Assembly (NCBI GenBank): GCA_038256425.1
Contig: JBBSKI010000003.1
Coordinates: 3,392 to 67,391 of the forward strand
Direction of reading: 5' to 3'
Length of the DNA: 64,000 nt
DNA from: Sphingomonadales bacterium
Lineage (GTDB): Bacteria > Pseudomonadota > Alphaproteobacteria > Sphingomonadales > Sphingomonadaceae
In this document: positions 49,282 to 58,863 of the stretch, piece by piece
Position numbering within the stretch: position 1 is the first letter of the stretch
How the letters are laid out: every line of letters begins with the position of its first letter
The notes under the pieces: generated by a model
Told to the model about the DNA's origin: nothing
The model's input: the letters and a program-made list of their open reading frames with translations, nothing else
Database searches by the model: none
Position numbers and translations under genes: made by a program

Positions 49282-51488
49282 TACGCCGCCTTCCCTTCTT
49301 GTGATCGATCCGGCTCTTCGTGCGGCCGTTCCGGATCGGCACCGGCAACGGAGTTCGTCTTGGTGCGCGGGCGATAGAGCCCGACACTGGCGGAAATCGG
49401 CAGACGCACCGTGAAGCGGCTGCCCAGCCCTTCGCGCGATTCCACATCGAGCCGTCCCTGCATCGCGCGGACAAGCTCACGCGCTTCGAATGCGCCGATT
49501 CCGAACCCGCCCGGCTTGGTCGAAACGAACGGCTTGAACAGGCGGTTGCGGACGAAATCGGCACTCATACCGGAACCGTTGTCGGTCACTTCGATCGCGC
49601 AGTGGAGCCCGGTGGTCGAAACCCGCAGCAGGACCGGACGATCGGGTGGGCTGGCGTCGATTGCATTCTGGACGAGATGGGTCAGCACCTGCTCGAGCGT
49701 TTCGCGGTTGCCGATGGCGCGGCAATCCTGTCGCTCGATCAGTTCCACCGGATGCTGCCCAGCCCGGGATGCCACGATCCCCTGGGCGATCGCGCCGGGA
49801 TCGATCGGCTCGAGTCGGTCGAGCGCGCCGCCGCCATAGCGCGACAGCCGCGCCAGCAGCGCGTTGAGCTTGTCCGCCGAATTGCGGACTGTCACCAGCA
49901 TGTCGGCGCGAAACTCGGGGTTCTCGCCGTGGCGCTCGGCGTTACGGCCCACCAGAGCAAGCTGGCTGGCAAGGTTCTTGATGTCGTGCATCACAAAGGC
50001 GATGCGACGATTGAATTCGTCGAACCGGTTGGCATCGAGCAGGGCTTCCTGCCCGGCGTGTTCGGCCAGATAGCTGGCGAGCTGGCGTCCGACCACGCGC
50101 AGCAGATCGAAATCTTCCCAGTCCAGCTGACGCTCCTGTGCGGGTCGCGCCAGCACCAAAGCCCCGACCAGCCGCTCGAAGTGGAGCAGCGGGACCAGCG
50201 CCCAGGCGCGTTCTTCGGTGAGCATCCACTCCGGGATCGCGTCTGATCCCTGATCCTGTGCCCCCCCTCCCGATGCGTCCGTGCGCAGCCAGTCGAGCGC
50301 CACAATGTAGCCGTCGCGCTCGAAGAACGCGCGCGCTTGGGGCCCCATCGCTTCGGCGGGCACTTCGGCGGTGCGCCAGCGCCAGCGCGCGGCCAGCGTC
50401 AACTCGCCATGTTCGCCGGGCATCAGCAGCAGCCCGGCGGGGCTGTCGGTAATGTCCGCGACCGCCTGGATGACCCGTTCCTCCAACGGTGCGCCCGCCC
50501 CCTCGCCACTCACCGGACCCCGTCCAATTGTCTGGGTGAAGCGCAGCCATTCGGCGCGATAGTCGTATCGGTGCTGGAAGAAGTGCTTCGCGATCGTGAC
50601 TTTCATCCAGCCGCGCAGCCGGCCCGATGGCAGGACCACCAGCGCCAACACCGATGAGGCGATGACAAATCCGATCTGGGCCAGTGGGGCCAGTTCGTCT
50701 CCGAACAGAGCAAGCGACTGCGCCGCCGCGACCATCGTCACGAGATAGACCCCGATCACCAGCAGCGAGAAGGACTGGAACGCCACCGCGCGCGACGGTC
50801 GCAGCGGCCGGTCGGCGCGGGGCGATCCCGATACCGCCAGCACCAACATGGTCAGCGCGGTAACGGCTCCGCGAAGTGCGCCAAGACCCTCTGGTTGCGC
50901 GTCGATCAGGTAGGCCACGGTGTAGAAATTGAGATCGTAGATCCACATCGCGGCGAGCGCCACGGCAGACCAGCGACGCCCCCCGGTCGAGCCGGATCCA
51001 GCGTAGAGATTGTGCAACAGAACCAGCGCACCGGTCGCAAACAGAACGCGGAACATGACCGCGAGATGAAAGATCAGCGCATGGGCGCCATTGCCCGCGA
51101 GGACTGGTCCACCAAGCAGATACAGGCCCGGATGGAGCAGGCCGACAAAGGCCAACGCTGCAAACAACGGGCGCAGTTTCCCGAGTGATTCGCCAGGCGT
51201 CTCCAGAGCGAACAGGCGATAGACGAAAAACAGCCAGGCGAGGTTTCTGACCGATTCGCCAAGGGTCGCGACAAGGCTTTCCGATCCCACCGTTGCCGCG
51301 AGCAGGCACCACAGCGCGGTCGCCGCAAGCGCAGCCAGCCCGGCCTCACGCTCGGGCCTCGCTCCGTCCCGGTAACGCCAGACACCAAGCACCGCGCAGG
51401 CGAAAGCCCCGGCCAGGAACGAGCCGTATCCGACCACGGCCCAATCGCCTGCGGCCACCATCAGTCCGTCCCGGGCATCAGCGGGCAC
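49281..51488 (-). CDS. prsK: PEP-CTERM system histidine kinase
   Basis: Multi-TM N-terminus, HRYDYRAEW, GAF domain, AFVMHDIKN, GFGIGAFE motifs. Confidence 0.92.
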   Translation of the reverse strand: MPADARDGLMVAAGDWAVVGYGSFLAGAFACAVLGVWRYRDGARPEREAGLAALAATALWCLLAATVGSESLVATLGESVRNLAWLFFVYRLFALETPGESLGKLRPLFAALAFVGLLHPGLYLLGGPVLAGNGAHALIFHLAVMFRVLFATGALVLLHNLYAGSGSTGGRRWSAVALAAMWIYDLNFYTVAYLIDAQPEGLGALRGAVTALTMLVLAVSGSPRADRPLRPSRAVAFQSFSLLVIGVYLVTMVAAAQSLALFGDELAPLAQIGFVIASSVLALVVLPSGRLRGWMKVTIAKHFFQHRYDYRAEWLRFTQTIGRGPVSGEGAGAPLEERVIQAVADITDSPAGLLLMPGEHGELTLAARWRWRTAEVPAEAMGPQARAFFERDGYIVALDWLRTDASGGGAQDQGSDAIPEWMLTEERAWALVPLLHFERLVGALVLARPAQERQLDWEDFDLLRVVGRQLASYLAEHAGQEALLDANRFDEFNRRIAFVMHDIKNLASQLALVGRNAERHGENPEFRADMLVTVRNSADKLNALLARLSRYGGGALDRLEPIDPGAIAQGIVASRAGQHPVELIERQDCRAIGNRETLEQVLTHLVQNAIDASPPDRPVLLRVSTTGLHCAIEVTDNGSGMSADFVRNRLFKPFVSTKPGGFGIGAFEARELVRAMQGRLDVESREGLGSRFTVRLPISASVGLYRPRTKTNSVAGADPERPHEEPDRSQEGKAA

Positions 51489-52869
51489 CCTCGTGCCACA
51501 GCACCACGCGCAGCGTCTGGAGCAGGATCAGAAGGTCGAGGAACGGGGTGTAGTTCTTGGCGTAATAGAGATCGTATTCCAGCTTGTGACGCGAATCTTC
51601 GAGATTGGCACCGTAAGGATAATTGATTTGCGCCCAGCCGGTGATGCCCGGCTTCACCATGTGACGCTCGGCGTAGTAATCGAGTTTGTCCTCGAGGTCG
51701 GCGACGAATTCCGGGCGTTCGGGGCGCGGGCCGACGAACGACATCTGACCCTTGAGTACGCTCCACGCCTGCGGCAGTTCGTCGATCCGCAGCTTGCGGA
51801 TGAACCGTCCGATGGCGGTGATGCGCGGATCGTTGCTTGCGGCGAACACCGCCTTGCCATCCGCTTCGGCATCGGAGTGCATCGAGCGCAGTTTGATTAG
51901 GTCGAAGTTCTGCCCGTAAAGGCCGACGCGGGTCTGGCGGTAGAATGCCGGGCCCTTGCTGTCGAATTTCACCAGCGCCGCGAACAGCGCGATTACCGGC
52001 AGGGTGAAGAACAGCAACAGCAGGCTGGCGACGATGTCGAACATGCGCTTGGCGGCGCTCGAGACCATCCGGCCCGACGAAAACCCGTCCGAAAAGATCA
52101 GCCAGCTGGGGTTGACGGTATCGAGATCGACCCGCCCGGTCTCGCGCTCAACGAACGTAGAGAAATCGTTGACGTGGACCCCGGCGGTCTTGATCCGCAA
52201 CAGATCCTTGAGCGGCAGCGCATTGCGCCTTTCCTCCAGCGCCAGCACGACCTCGCTGACCCCCAGATTCTCGACATGGCGGGTCAGATTGTGCAGCGCC
52301 GAACGGGGGATCGCCTCTTCGACCACCGGGCGGCTATCACTCATGCCGACATAGCCGACGATGACGAAACCGCTTTCGGGCCGCTCGCCCAGTTTGCGAA
52401 GGCGTTGCGCGCGGTCTCCCGCACCCAGCACCAGCACCCGTCGGCGGAACGCTGCCGCACCCAAAAAGCCACCGAGAAACAACCGGTTGGCGAACAGCAA
52501 CGCGAGCGCGATGAACATCGCGTAAAACAGGTTCGAACGCCACAGCGTCTTGCCGGGCAGCAGAAAGTACACCACCGACAGCGCGATGATCCCCAGGCTC
52601 ACCGCCACCAGCAACCGCGCGGCCGCATAGCGCATCGATCGCAGAGCTTCGGGGCCATAAACCCCCACCGCGATCATCGACATCTCAAGCAAAATCGCAA
52701 AGCTTAACAATTGCGGCCAGCGCATCGAGATAGTGCCGGGATCAATGTCGATCTGGCTGGCGCGGAACAGCCAGCCCAGTTCGCCTGCCGTCATCAGCAG
52801 GGCGAAATCCGCCAAGCCGAGCAACAGCACCGCGTGAGGTATATAATGTTTGAACAGGCGGATCATCAC
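51478..52869 (-). CDS. TIGR03013-type PEP-CTERM/XrtA system sugar transferase
   Basis: MIRLFKHY, ERETGRVDL, RIDELPQ, GPRPERP, KPGITGWAQ motifs; upstream of prsK. Confidence 0.92.
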   Translation of the reverse strand: MMIRLFKHYIPHAVLLLGLADFALLMTAGELGWLFRASQIDIDPGTISMRWPQLLSFAILLEMSMIAVGVYGPEALRSMRYAAARLLVAVSLGIIALSVVYFLLPGKTLWRSNLFYAMFIALALLFANRLFLGGFLGAAAFRRRVLVLGAGDRAQRLRKLGERPESGFVIVGYVGMSDSRPVVEEAIPRSALHNLTRHVENLGVSEVVLALEERRNALPLKDLLRIKTAGVHVNDFSTFVERETGRVDLDTVNPSWLIFSDGFSSGRMVSSAAKRMFDIVASLLLLFFTLPVIALFAALVKFDSKGPAFYRQTRVGLYGQNFDLIKLRSMHSDAEADGKAVFAASNDPRITAIGRFIRKLRIDELPQAWSVLKGQMSFVGPRPERPEFVADLEDKLDYYAERHMVKPGITGWAQINYPYGANLEDSRHKLEYDLYYAKNYTPFLDLLILLQTLRVVLWHEGAR

Positions 52870-52896
52870 CCCCGGTCTAGGCCCGGGGGGTAAAGT

Positions 52897-52912
52897 GTCG
52901 GTTAATTTTACA
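52897..52912. promoter_or_regulatory. Candidate PrsR box upstream of the sugar transferase-prsK-prsR operon
   Basis: (T)GTCGGTTAATTTTACA (TGT-N11-ACA), 14/16 identical to 2591-2606. Confidence 0.6.
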
Positions 52913-52947
52913 GCCGAGGGTTAATCGTTTTCGACCATCTTCGGCTG

Positions 52948-53232
52948 CTAGTTACCTATCTTCTTGGCGGCATCCTGGGCCGCATCGCCAACCTTTTCCG
53001 CGGCAGTGCCGACATCATCGGCCGCGGCGGCAATAGCGTTGTCCTTACTGGTCGAGGCATTGGTGCCCTGCATCAGGAAATATCCGCCGACTGCCAGGGC
53101 GACCAGGAGCAGGATACCGATCATCACGCCCATGCCGCCACCGCTGCGCGGCTCGCGATCGACCACGGTGTGCGTCGTATGTGTGTTGCCCGTAGGCGTT
53201 TCGACTTCGACGATGCGTTCTTCGATGGCCAT
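52948..53232 (-). CDS. Small single-TM protein, probably general-stress induced
   Basis: 94 aa; TM helix and AAEKVGDAAQDAA tail; GAAGGGGA SD; EcfG promoter upstream. Confidence 0.75.
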   Translation of the reverse strand: MAIEERIVEVETPTGNTHTTHTVVDREPRSGGGMGVMIGILLLVALAVGGYFLMQGTNASTSKDNAIAAAADDVGTAAEKVGDAAQDAAKKIGN

Positions 53233-53265
53233 GCGAGTTCCCCTTCAAGACATTATAAGCGCTAA

Positions 53266-53290
53266 AACGCCACGGAGCGCCCGCGGTTCC
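53266..53290 (-). promoter_or_regulatory. EcfG-type promoter
   Basis: Minus strand GGAAC-N16-CGTT, 33 bp upstream of the ATG at 53232. Confidence 0.75.
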
Positions 53291-53309
53291 GCGGCGAGCG
53301 GCACCTGCC

Positions 53310-54752
53310 TCAGGTGGCTGCGAACTCGAACGGCGTCAGGCCGCGCGCGCGCTCATCGAAACGCAGGCTGGCACCGCGCGGTGGGAGCGAGCGCTGCATG
53401 CAATCGGGACGGCGGCACCGGGCGCAGCCCGGCCCGATCGGGATTGCATCCTCCGCGCGCAGCGAGCGCCCGCGCGCCGCAGCCAATTGCCCGGCAAGTC
53501 CCGCGTCGAGCCCCACGGCGACGACGAAATCGGCCTGTTGCCCCACGCCGCCGTCATTGGCACTTCCTCCCGCCCCCTGCCCGCCCGCTCCGCTTCCCTG
53601 AACCGTACGGGCCAGCGTGAACCAGCGCGAGCCGTCCTCGAGCGCGACCGTATCGGCGGTGATCCGCCCGGCGCGTTCGAACGCGGCGTGGAGCGGCCAG
53701 AGCGGGCAAGTCGCCTCGCTTTCCAGCACCAGAGCGCCGCTTGCACCGGCAAACCGCTTGGACACCTGACCCGCGCGATCGACCCGCAGCATGAAGAACG
53801 GTAGCCCCCGTTGGCCGACCCGCTGGAGCGTGGTCAGGCGGTGGGCAAGCTGCTCGAAGCCCACTCCGAAGCGGCGCTGGAGCACGGGCAGATCGTATCC
53901 GGTCGCCTCGCAGGCCCGCACGAAGCGATCGTAGGGCATGATCAGGGCCGCGGCGAAATAGGCCGTCAGATGGCGCTGGAACAGACGTTCGGCGGCGCGA
54001 TCGGTGAATCCCGCCCCCTCGGACAGGGCGCGCACGGCATCGCGCTGCTCGAGGCTGGCGAGCTGGATCGCGATGTGGAAATTGCGGCTGGCGGGATCGA
54101 GCATCTCGCTCAGCTGGAGCTGGCGCGCGTGCAGGTCGAGCCGCCGCAAGTGCTCGGGCATCACTTCGGTCGGCAGGATCCGGAGGCTGAGCTGGTGGCG
54201 CTGGCGCAGCCGCTCGGCCATGGCCGCGCCAATATCGCCCGCCGACAAGCGCAGCTCGTCGGCAAGCGCCTCGGCCGCGGCATCTAGATCGGCGAAGTGA
54301 TTGCGCCAGCGCTCGATCTCGCGCCGCGCCAGCAAGGTCGGGTCCGGCGCGCTGCCGGGTGCCGCGCTGCCCCCAGCATCGTATAGCCGGGCGAAAGCCG
54401 CCGCGGCGCGCGGCGCGGCATTCAGCCATTCCACTACCTCGTCGCGGTCAATCTCCAGGTCGGCGAAGCGCGCGTCGGACAAACGGCGACGCAATCCCTC
54501 GACCCCGCCGGTTGCCTCGTCCTGCCGCAGGCTGCGCGGGTCGAGATCGAACCCTTCGGCAAGGCTGAGCAGCAATCGCGCCGACAGCGGACGCTGGTTG
54601 CGCTCGATCAGGTTGAGATAGCTTGCCGAGATTCCCAGCCGCGCAGCCATCGCGGCCTGGGTAAGCCCTTCGCGCCGGCGGATCCGGCGGACATTGGGGC
54701 CCCCGTAAAGCGACTGGGGCGTCGGTGCTCGTGGAGTATCGTGGTCGGGCAT
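53310..54752 (-). CDS. XRE-family short-chain fatty acyl-CoA regulator (ScfR/RamB type)
   Basis: HTH GISASYLNLIERNQRP, YFAAALIMPY, HRLTTLQR, RVDRAG, C-terminal CxxCxRxxC; divergent from aceA. Confidence 0.88.
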   Translation of the reverse strand: MPDHDTPRAPTPQSLYGGPNVRRIRRREGLTQAAMAARLGISASYLNLIERNQRPLSARLLLSLAEGFDLDPRSLRQDEATGGVEGLRRRLSDARFADLEIDRDEVVEWLNAAPRAAAAFARLYDAGGSAAPGSAPDPTLLARREIERWRNHFADLDAAAEALADELRLSAGDIGAAMAERLRQRHQLSLRILPTEVMPEHLRRLDLHARQLQLSEMLDPASRNFHIAIQLASLEQRDAVRALSEGAGFTDRAAERLFQRHLTAYFAAALIMPYDRFVRACEATGYDLPVLQRRFGVGFEQLAHRLTTLQRVGQRGLPFFMLRVDRAGQVSKRFAGASGALVLESEATCPLWPLHAAFERAGRITADTVALEDGSRWFTLARTVQGSGAGGQGAGGSANDGGVGQQADFVVAVGLDAGLAGQLAAARGRSLRAEDAIPIGPGCARCRRPDCMQRSLPPRGASLRFDERARGLTPFEFAAT

Positions 54753-54818
54753 GTAAACATCCACACAGATTTACAGGTGAAATATCCCATTTGGCTGCAC
54801 TATCACAGATAATTCTGT
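54752..54818. promoter_or_regulatory. Candidate operator palindromes between the regulator and aceA
   Basis: TGTAAA-N12-TTTACA (54752-54775) and ACAGA-TAAT-TCTGT (54805-54818) in an AT-rich stretch. Confidence 0.45.
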
Positions 54819-54889
54819 AATTTGTATTACCACTTGCGCGCTCCGCGACGCTACCGCCGTCGCAACAGCACTCCACGAAGGCCCGAACC

Positions 54890-56497
54890 ATGACCTATTC
54901 CGCCGACATCGCCCAGACCGATACGCTGATCCAAAGCCATCAAGGCACGTGGGATGGTATCAGTGCCGAATCGGTCGCCCGGATGCGCGCGCAGAACCGC
55001 TTTCGCACCGGTATCGACATCGCGCGCTACACCGCCGGGATCATGCGCCAGGACATGGCCGCCTATGACGCCGACCCGGCTGCCTACACCCAGTCGCTCG
55101 GCTGCTGGCACGGCTTCATCGCGCAGCAGAAGATCATTTCGATCAAGAAGCACTTTGGCACCACCAAGGGCCGCTACATCTATCTTTCGGGCTGGATGAT
55201 CGCCGCGCTCCGCAGCGATTTCGGTCCGCTGCCCGATCAGTCGATGCACGAGAAAACCAGCGTCCCCGCGCTGATCGAAGAAATCTATACCTTTCTGCGC
55301 CAGGCCGACGCACGTGAGCTTAGCCAGTTGTTCCGCGATCTCGACCACGCCCGCGATGCCGGGAACGAGGTCGAAGCGGCGCGTCTGCAACAGGCCATCG
55401 ACAACCACGAAACCCACGTGGTCCCGATCATCGCCGATATCGACGCGGGCTTCGGCAATGCCGAGGCGACCTATCTGCTCGCCAAGAAGATGATCGAAGC
55501 CGGAGCCTGCGCGCTGCAGATCGAAAACCAGGTTTCCGATGAAAAGCAGTGCGGCCACCAGGACGGCAAGGTCACCGTGCCGCACGAGGATTTCAACGCC
55601 AAGATCCGCGCCTGCCGCTATGCCTTCCTCGAACTTGGGATCGACGACGGGATCGTGGTGGCGCGCACCGACAGCCTGGGCGCCGGGCTGACCAAGCAGA
55701 TCGCGGTGTCCAAGGAGCCGGGCGACATCGGCGATCTCTACAACAGTTTCCTCGATTGCGAGGAGATCGATCCCGCCACCGCCAATGGCCTTGGGCGCAA
55801 TGGCGACGTCATCATCAACCGCGACGGCAAGCTGATGCGGCCGAAGCGTTTGCCGTCAAACCTCTATCAGTTCCGCTCCGGTACCGGTGAGGACCGCTGC
55901 GTGCTCGATTGCATCACGTCGCTGCAGAACGGCGCGGACCTGATCTGGATCGAAACTGAGAAGCCGCACATCGAACAGATCGCGGGCATGGTCGATCGCA
56001 TCCGCGAAGTGGTGCCCAACGCGAAGCTGGCCTACAACAATTCGCCCAGCTTCAACTGGACGCTCAACTTCCGCCAACAGGTTTATGATGCCTGGTCTGC
56101 TGCGGGCAAGGACGTTTCGGCCTATGATCGCGCGAACCTCATGAGCGCGGACTACGATCAGGAGCAGCTCGCCGCAGAGGCTGACGAACGCATTCGCACC
56201 TTCCAGCGCGAATCCGCTGCGCGCGCAGGCATCTTCCATCACCTGATCACCCTGCCGACCTATCACACCGCCGCGCTCAGCACCGACAATCTGGCGCGCG
56301 AGTATTTCGGTGCGGCGGGGATGCTGGGCTATGTCAAAAACGTCCAGCGTGAGGAGATCCGCCAAGGCATCGCCTGCGTCCGTCACCAGAACATGAGCGG
56401 CAGCGACATCGGCGACGATCACAAGGAATATTTCGCTGGCGAGGCCGCGCTCAAGGCGGGCGGCGCACACAACACGATGAACCAGTTCGCGGCGTAA
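54890..56497 (+). CDS. aceA: Isocitrate lyase
   Basis: YLSGW, ADIDAGFG, EKQCGHQDGK, ARTDS, YNNSPSFNW motifs. Confidence 0.96.
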   Translation: MTYSADIAQTDTLIQSHQGTWDGISAESVARMRAQNRFRTGIDIARYTAGIMRQDMAAYDADPAAYTQSLGCWHGFIAQQKIISIKKHFGTTKGRYIYLSGWMIAALRSDFGPLPDQSMHEKTSVPALIEEIYTFLRQADARELSQLFRDLDHARDAGNEVEAARLQQAIDNHETHVVPIIADIDAGFGNAEATYLLAKKMIEAGACALQIENQVSDEKQCGHQDGKVTVPHEDFNAKIRACRYAFLELGIDDGIVVARTDSLGAGLTKQIAVSKEPGDIGDLYNSFLDCEEIDPATANGLGRNGDVIINRDGKLMRPKRLPSNLYQFRSGTGEDRCVLDCITSLQNGADLIWIETEKPHIEQIAGMVDRIREVVPNAKLAYNNSPSFNWTLNFRQQVYDAWSAAGKDVSAYDRANLMSADYDQEQLAAEADERIRTFQRESAARAGIFHHLITLPTYHTAALSTDNLAREYFGAAGMLGYVKNVQREEIRQGIACVRHQNMSGSDIGDDHKEYFAGEAALKAGGAHNTMNQFAA

Positions 56498-56591
56498 GTG
56501 CCTCAAGGGGAACCAAATCCTGCCGCGGGCCGGATCGGGTAACCTGGCCAAGGTGTGATTTCCGCCACAGCCGTCTCCTGGGGAGGAGACT

Positions 56592-56625
56592 ACGACCGCC
56601 GGGGAAGTGACGCCCCGGCGGTCGT
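56592..56625 (+). terminator. Rho-independent terminator-like hairpin after aceA
   Basis: 13-bp perfect stem ACGACCGCCGGGG/CCCCGGCGGTCGT followed by a T-rich tail. Confidence 0.65.
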
Positions 56626-56987
56626 CGACTTTCTGAGTTTGAATAGTCCCTGGATTTTTGCGTCGCTCAATACATTTGCAACCATAACGGCTCGTAGAGC
56701 GTTAAACGATTGTGGCTAATACACAGGCACGGCCAACACTGTCACCGGCCCGAATTCAGTGGGGCGGCGAAGGGATCGCAAGATATGAACTTGTCTCGGA
56801 TCATCGATACCGACCAGTGCGAGCGCAGCCGCATGGTGCGCGCCGCGCTCGACTGCTTCGCACCGTTGGCGATCACGATCAGGCCCAAGCCTGGTATCTT
56901 CGATAATCAGGCAAAGCACTCGCGATAGATGTAACGAACCGGCGCCATCGGCGCGCGGCCGTCACCAGCTGAGCGATTAGACCCTGT

Positions 56988-58319
56988 CTAGCCCTTGGGC
57001 ATCAGCCGCATCGCCGAACTCGTCAGCGCTTCGGCCGCAGCAGCGATCACCTTTTCCGCATCGGGCGCCCAGAATGGACTGTGCAGCGATGGCAGGACGG
57101 TATCGTCTCGACGCGCGGCGGCAATCGTGGCCGGGTCCTCGCCGCCGACCCACAACATCAGCGACTGAATGCGTTCGGGATCGGCGCGGCGAAACCGCGA
57201 GAAGTCCTCACCCGCCATGATCGGCGGCAGCAAAACCACTCGATCCTCGCCGAACCGCACGCGCAACGGCGCAACCACCCGTTCGGCAAAGCCCGGCTCA
57301 TTGATCAGCGCGGGCGTGAACCCCTCGCCCATCGCAATCCTGGGCGTCAGCGCTTCGGGGATACCCGAGGCCATCGCCTCGCCCGCCACCACCCGCTTGA
57401 TCCCGTCCAGCAGCCGCTGGCGCTGCGCGTCGCTGAAGCTGCGGACAGTCAGCTGGAGCTTCGCGCTGTCCGAAATGATGTTGTATTTGGAGCCCGCGTG
57501 AAAGCTCCCCACGGTCACCACCGCCGGATCGAGCGGATTGTTCTCGCGGCTGACCAGCGTCTGCAACCGCATCACAATCGCGGCGGCGAGCACGACCGGG
57601 TCCTTGGTGGTGTGCGGCGCGGCACCGTGCCCGCCGACCCCGCGCACTTCGATATCGATGCTGTCGACATTGGCCATCGCCGGGCCGGAGGCATAGGCGA
57701 TCGTCCCGGCAGGAACCGCACTCATATTGTGAAAAGCGAGTGCGAAATCCGGCTTGGGAAAGCGGGTATAAAGCCCATCTTTCAGCATCGCCTCCGCGCC
57801 CTGTCCGGTCTCCTCGGCAGGCTGGCCGATCATCACCAACGTGCCCGACCACTGCCCATTGCGCGCCGCGAGCAGCCGCGCGGTTTCGATCCACGCGGTC
57901 ATGTGTGTATCGTGGCCACAGGCGTGCATCACCCCGGTCTCGACACCCGAAGCCGGGGTCGCGCGAACTTTTGAGGCGAAGGCCAGCCCGGTCTGTTCGA
58001 CCACCGGCAGCGCATCCATATCGGCGCGGATCAGCACCGTGGGTCCGGGGCCATTTTTCATCACCGCAACGATCCCCGTCCTGCCGACTTTCTCGGTGAC
58101 CTCGAACCCCGCCTTGCGCGCCGCAGCGGCCATGATCGCGGCCGAGCGCACCTCGGCAAAGCTGAGTTCGGGATGCGCGTGCAAATCGCGATAGATCGCG
58201 GTGAGGCCGGGCATGTCGGCGGCGATTGCCGCGCGCAAATCGTCGACCGGAGCCAACGGCTGCGCGGCGGCGGGGGTGGCGAACAGCAGCGGCAACGCGG
58301 CAAGGGCAAGTTTGGTCAT
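56988..58319 (-). CDS. M20 family amidohydrolase (secreted)
   Basis: Signal peptide; HAHPELS, RADMDALP, MHACGHD, QPAEE, GEDFS motifs. Confidence 0.92.
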   Translation of the reverse strand: MTKLALAALPLLFATPAAAQPLAPVDDLRAAIAADMPGLTAIYRDLHAHPELSFAEVRSAAIMAAAARKAGFEVTEKVGRTGIVAVMKNGPGPTVLIRADMDALPVVEQTGLAFASKVRATPASGVETGVMHACGHDTHMTAWIETARLLAARNGQWSGTLVMIGQPAEETGQGAEAMLKDGLYTRFPKPDFALAFHNMSAVPAGTIAYASGPAMANVDSIDIEVRGVGGHGAAPHTTKDPVVLAAAIVMRLQTLVSRENNPLDPAVVTVGSFHAGSKYNIISDSAKLQLTVRSFSDAQRQRLLDGIKRVVAGEAMASGIPEALTPRIAMGEGFTPALINEPGFAERVVAPLRVRFGEDRVVLLPPIMAGEDFSRFRRADPERIQSLMLWVGGEDPATIAAARRDDTVLPSLHSPFWAPDAEKVIAAAAEALTSSAMRLMPKG

Positions 58320-58410
58320 CGGTTCGTTGTAACCGGCCCAGTCATGCTCGCAAGGACAAGTCGCGCCCGCAAGGTTTCGCGCCGCGCGAATACGCGATAG
58401 TCAGACGACT

Positions 58411-58701
58411 GTGCAGGATTCGCCCATCTCGCTCGATCCCGAATCGCTGACCGCGACCGTTGGGGCTATCCGGGCCAAGCTGAACCGGCGGGAGTTCGCG
58501 CTGCTGGCGGCACTGGCGCAGGCGAGCGGGGCTACGCTGGAACACCGCCACCTGCTGACCACTATCTGGTGGCCCGATGCACCCATGCCCAACCTCCGCA
58601 TGGCGATTGGCGGGCTGCGTCGCAAGCTGGAGGCCGACCACGAATTGCCGACTTTAATCGTAACCGTTCCGGGCGAAGGGTACCGGCTGGGGAAGCCCTA
58701 A
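58411..58701 (+). CDS. Stand-alone OmpR/KdpE-type winged-helix domain protein
   Basis: LNRREFALL...LLTTIW...LRRKLE...IVTVPGEGYRL; no receiver domain. Confidence 0.7.
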   Translation: MQDSPISLDPESLTATVGAIRAKLNRREFALLAALAQASGATLEHRHLLTTIWWPDAPMPNLRMAIGGLRRKLEADHELPTLIVTVPGEGYRLGKP

Positions 58702-58730
58702 ATCACGACCCCCGGGATCAAAACACAAAA

Positions 58731-58831
58731 CCGCTCGTGCTGAGCCTGTCGAAGCACTGTTCTTCACTTCGGGCCGATTGCGCTGCCGCACGAAGAGAAA
58801 AGCAATCCTTCGACAAGCTCAGGACGAGCGG
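58731..58831. repeat. REP-like inverted repeat (CTGAGCxTGTCGAAG type)
   Basis: 24-bp arms at 58731-58754 and 58808-58831, 2 mismatches. Confidence 0.85.
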
Positions 58832-58863
58832 AGTAAGAAGGCAGGGATCGTCGAAGACCTGGA

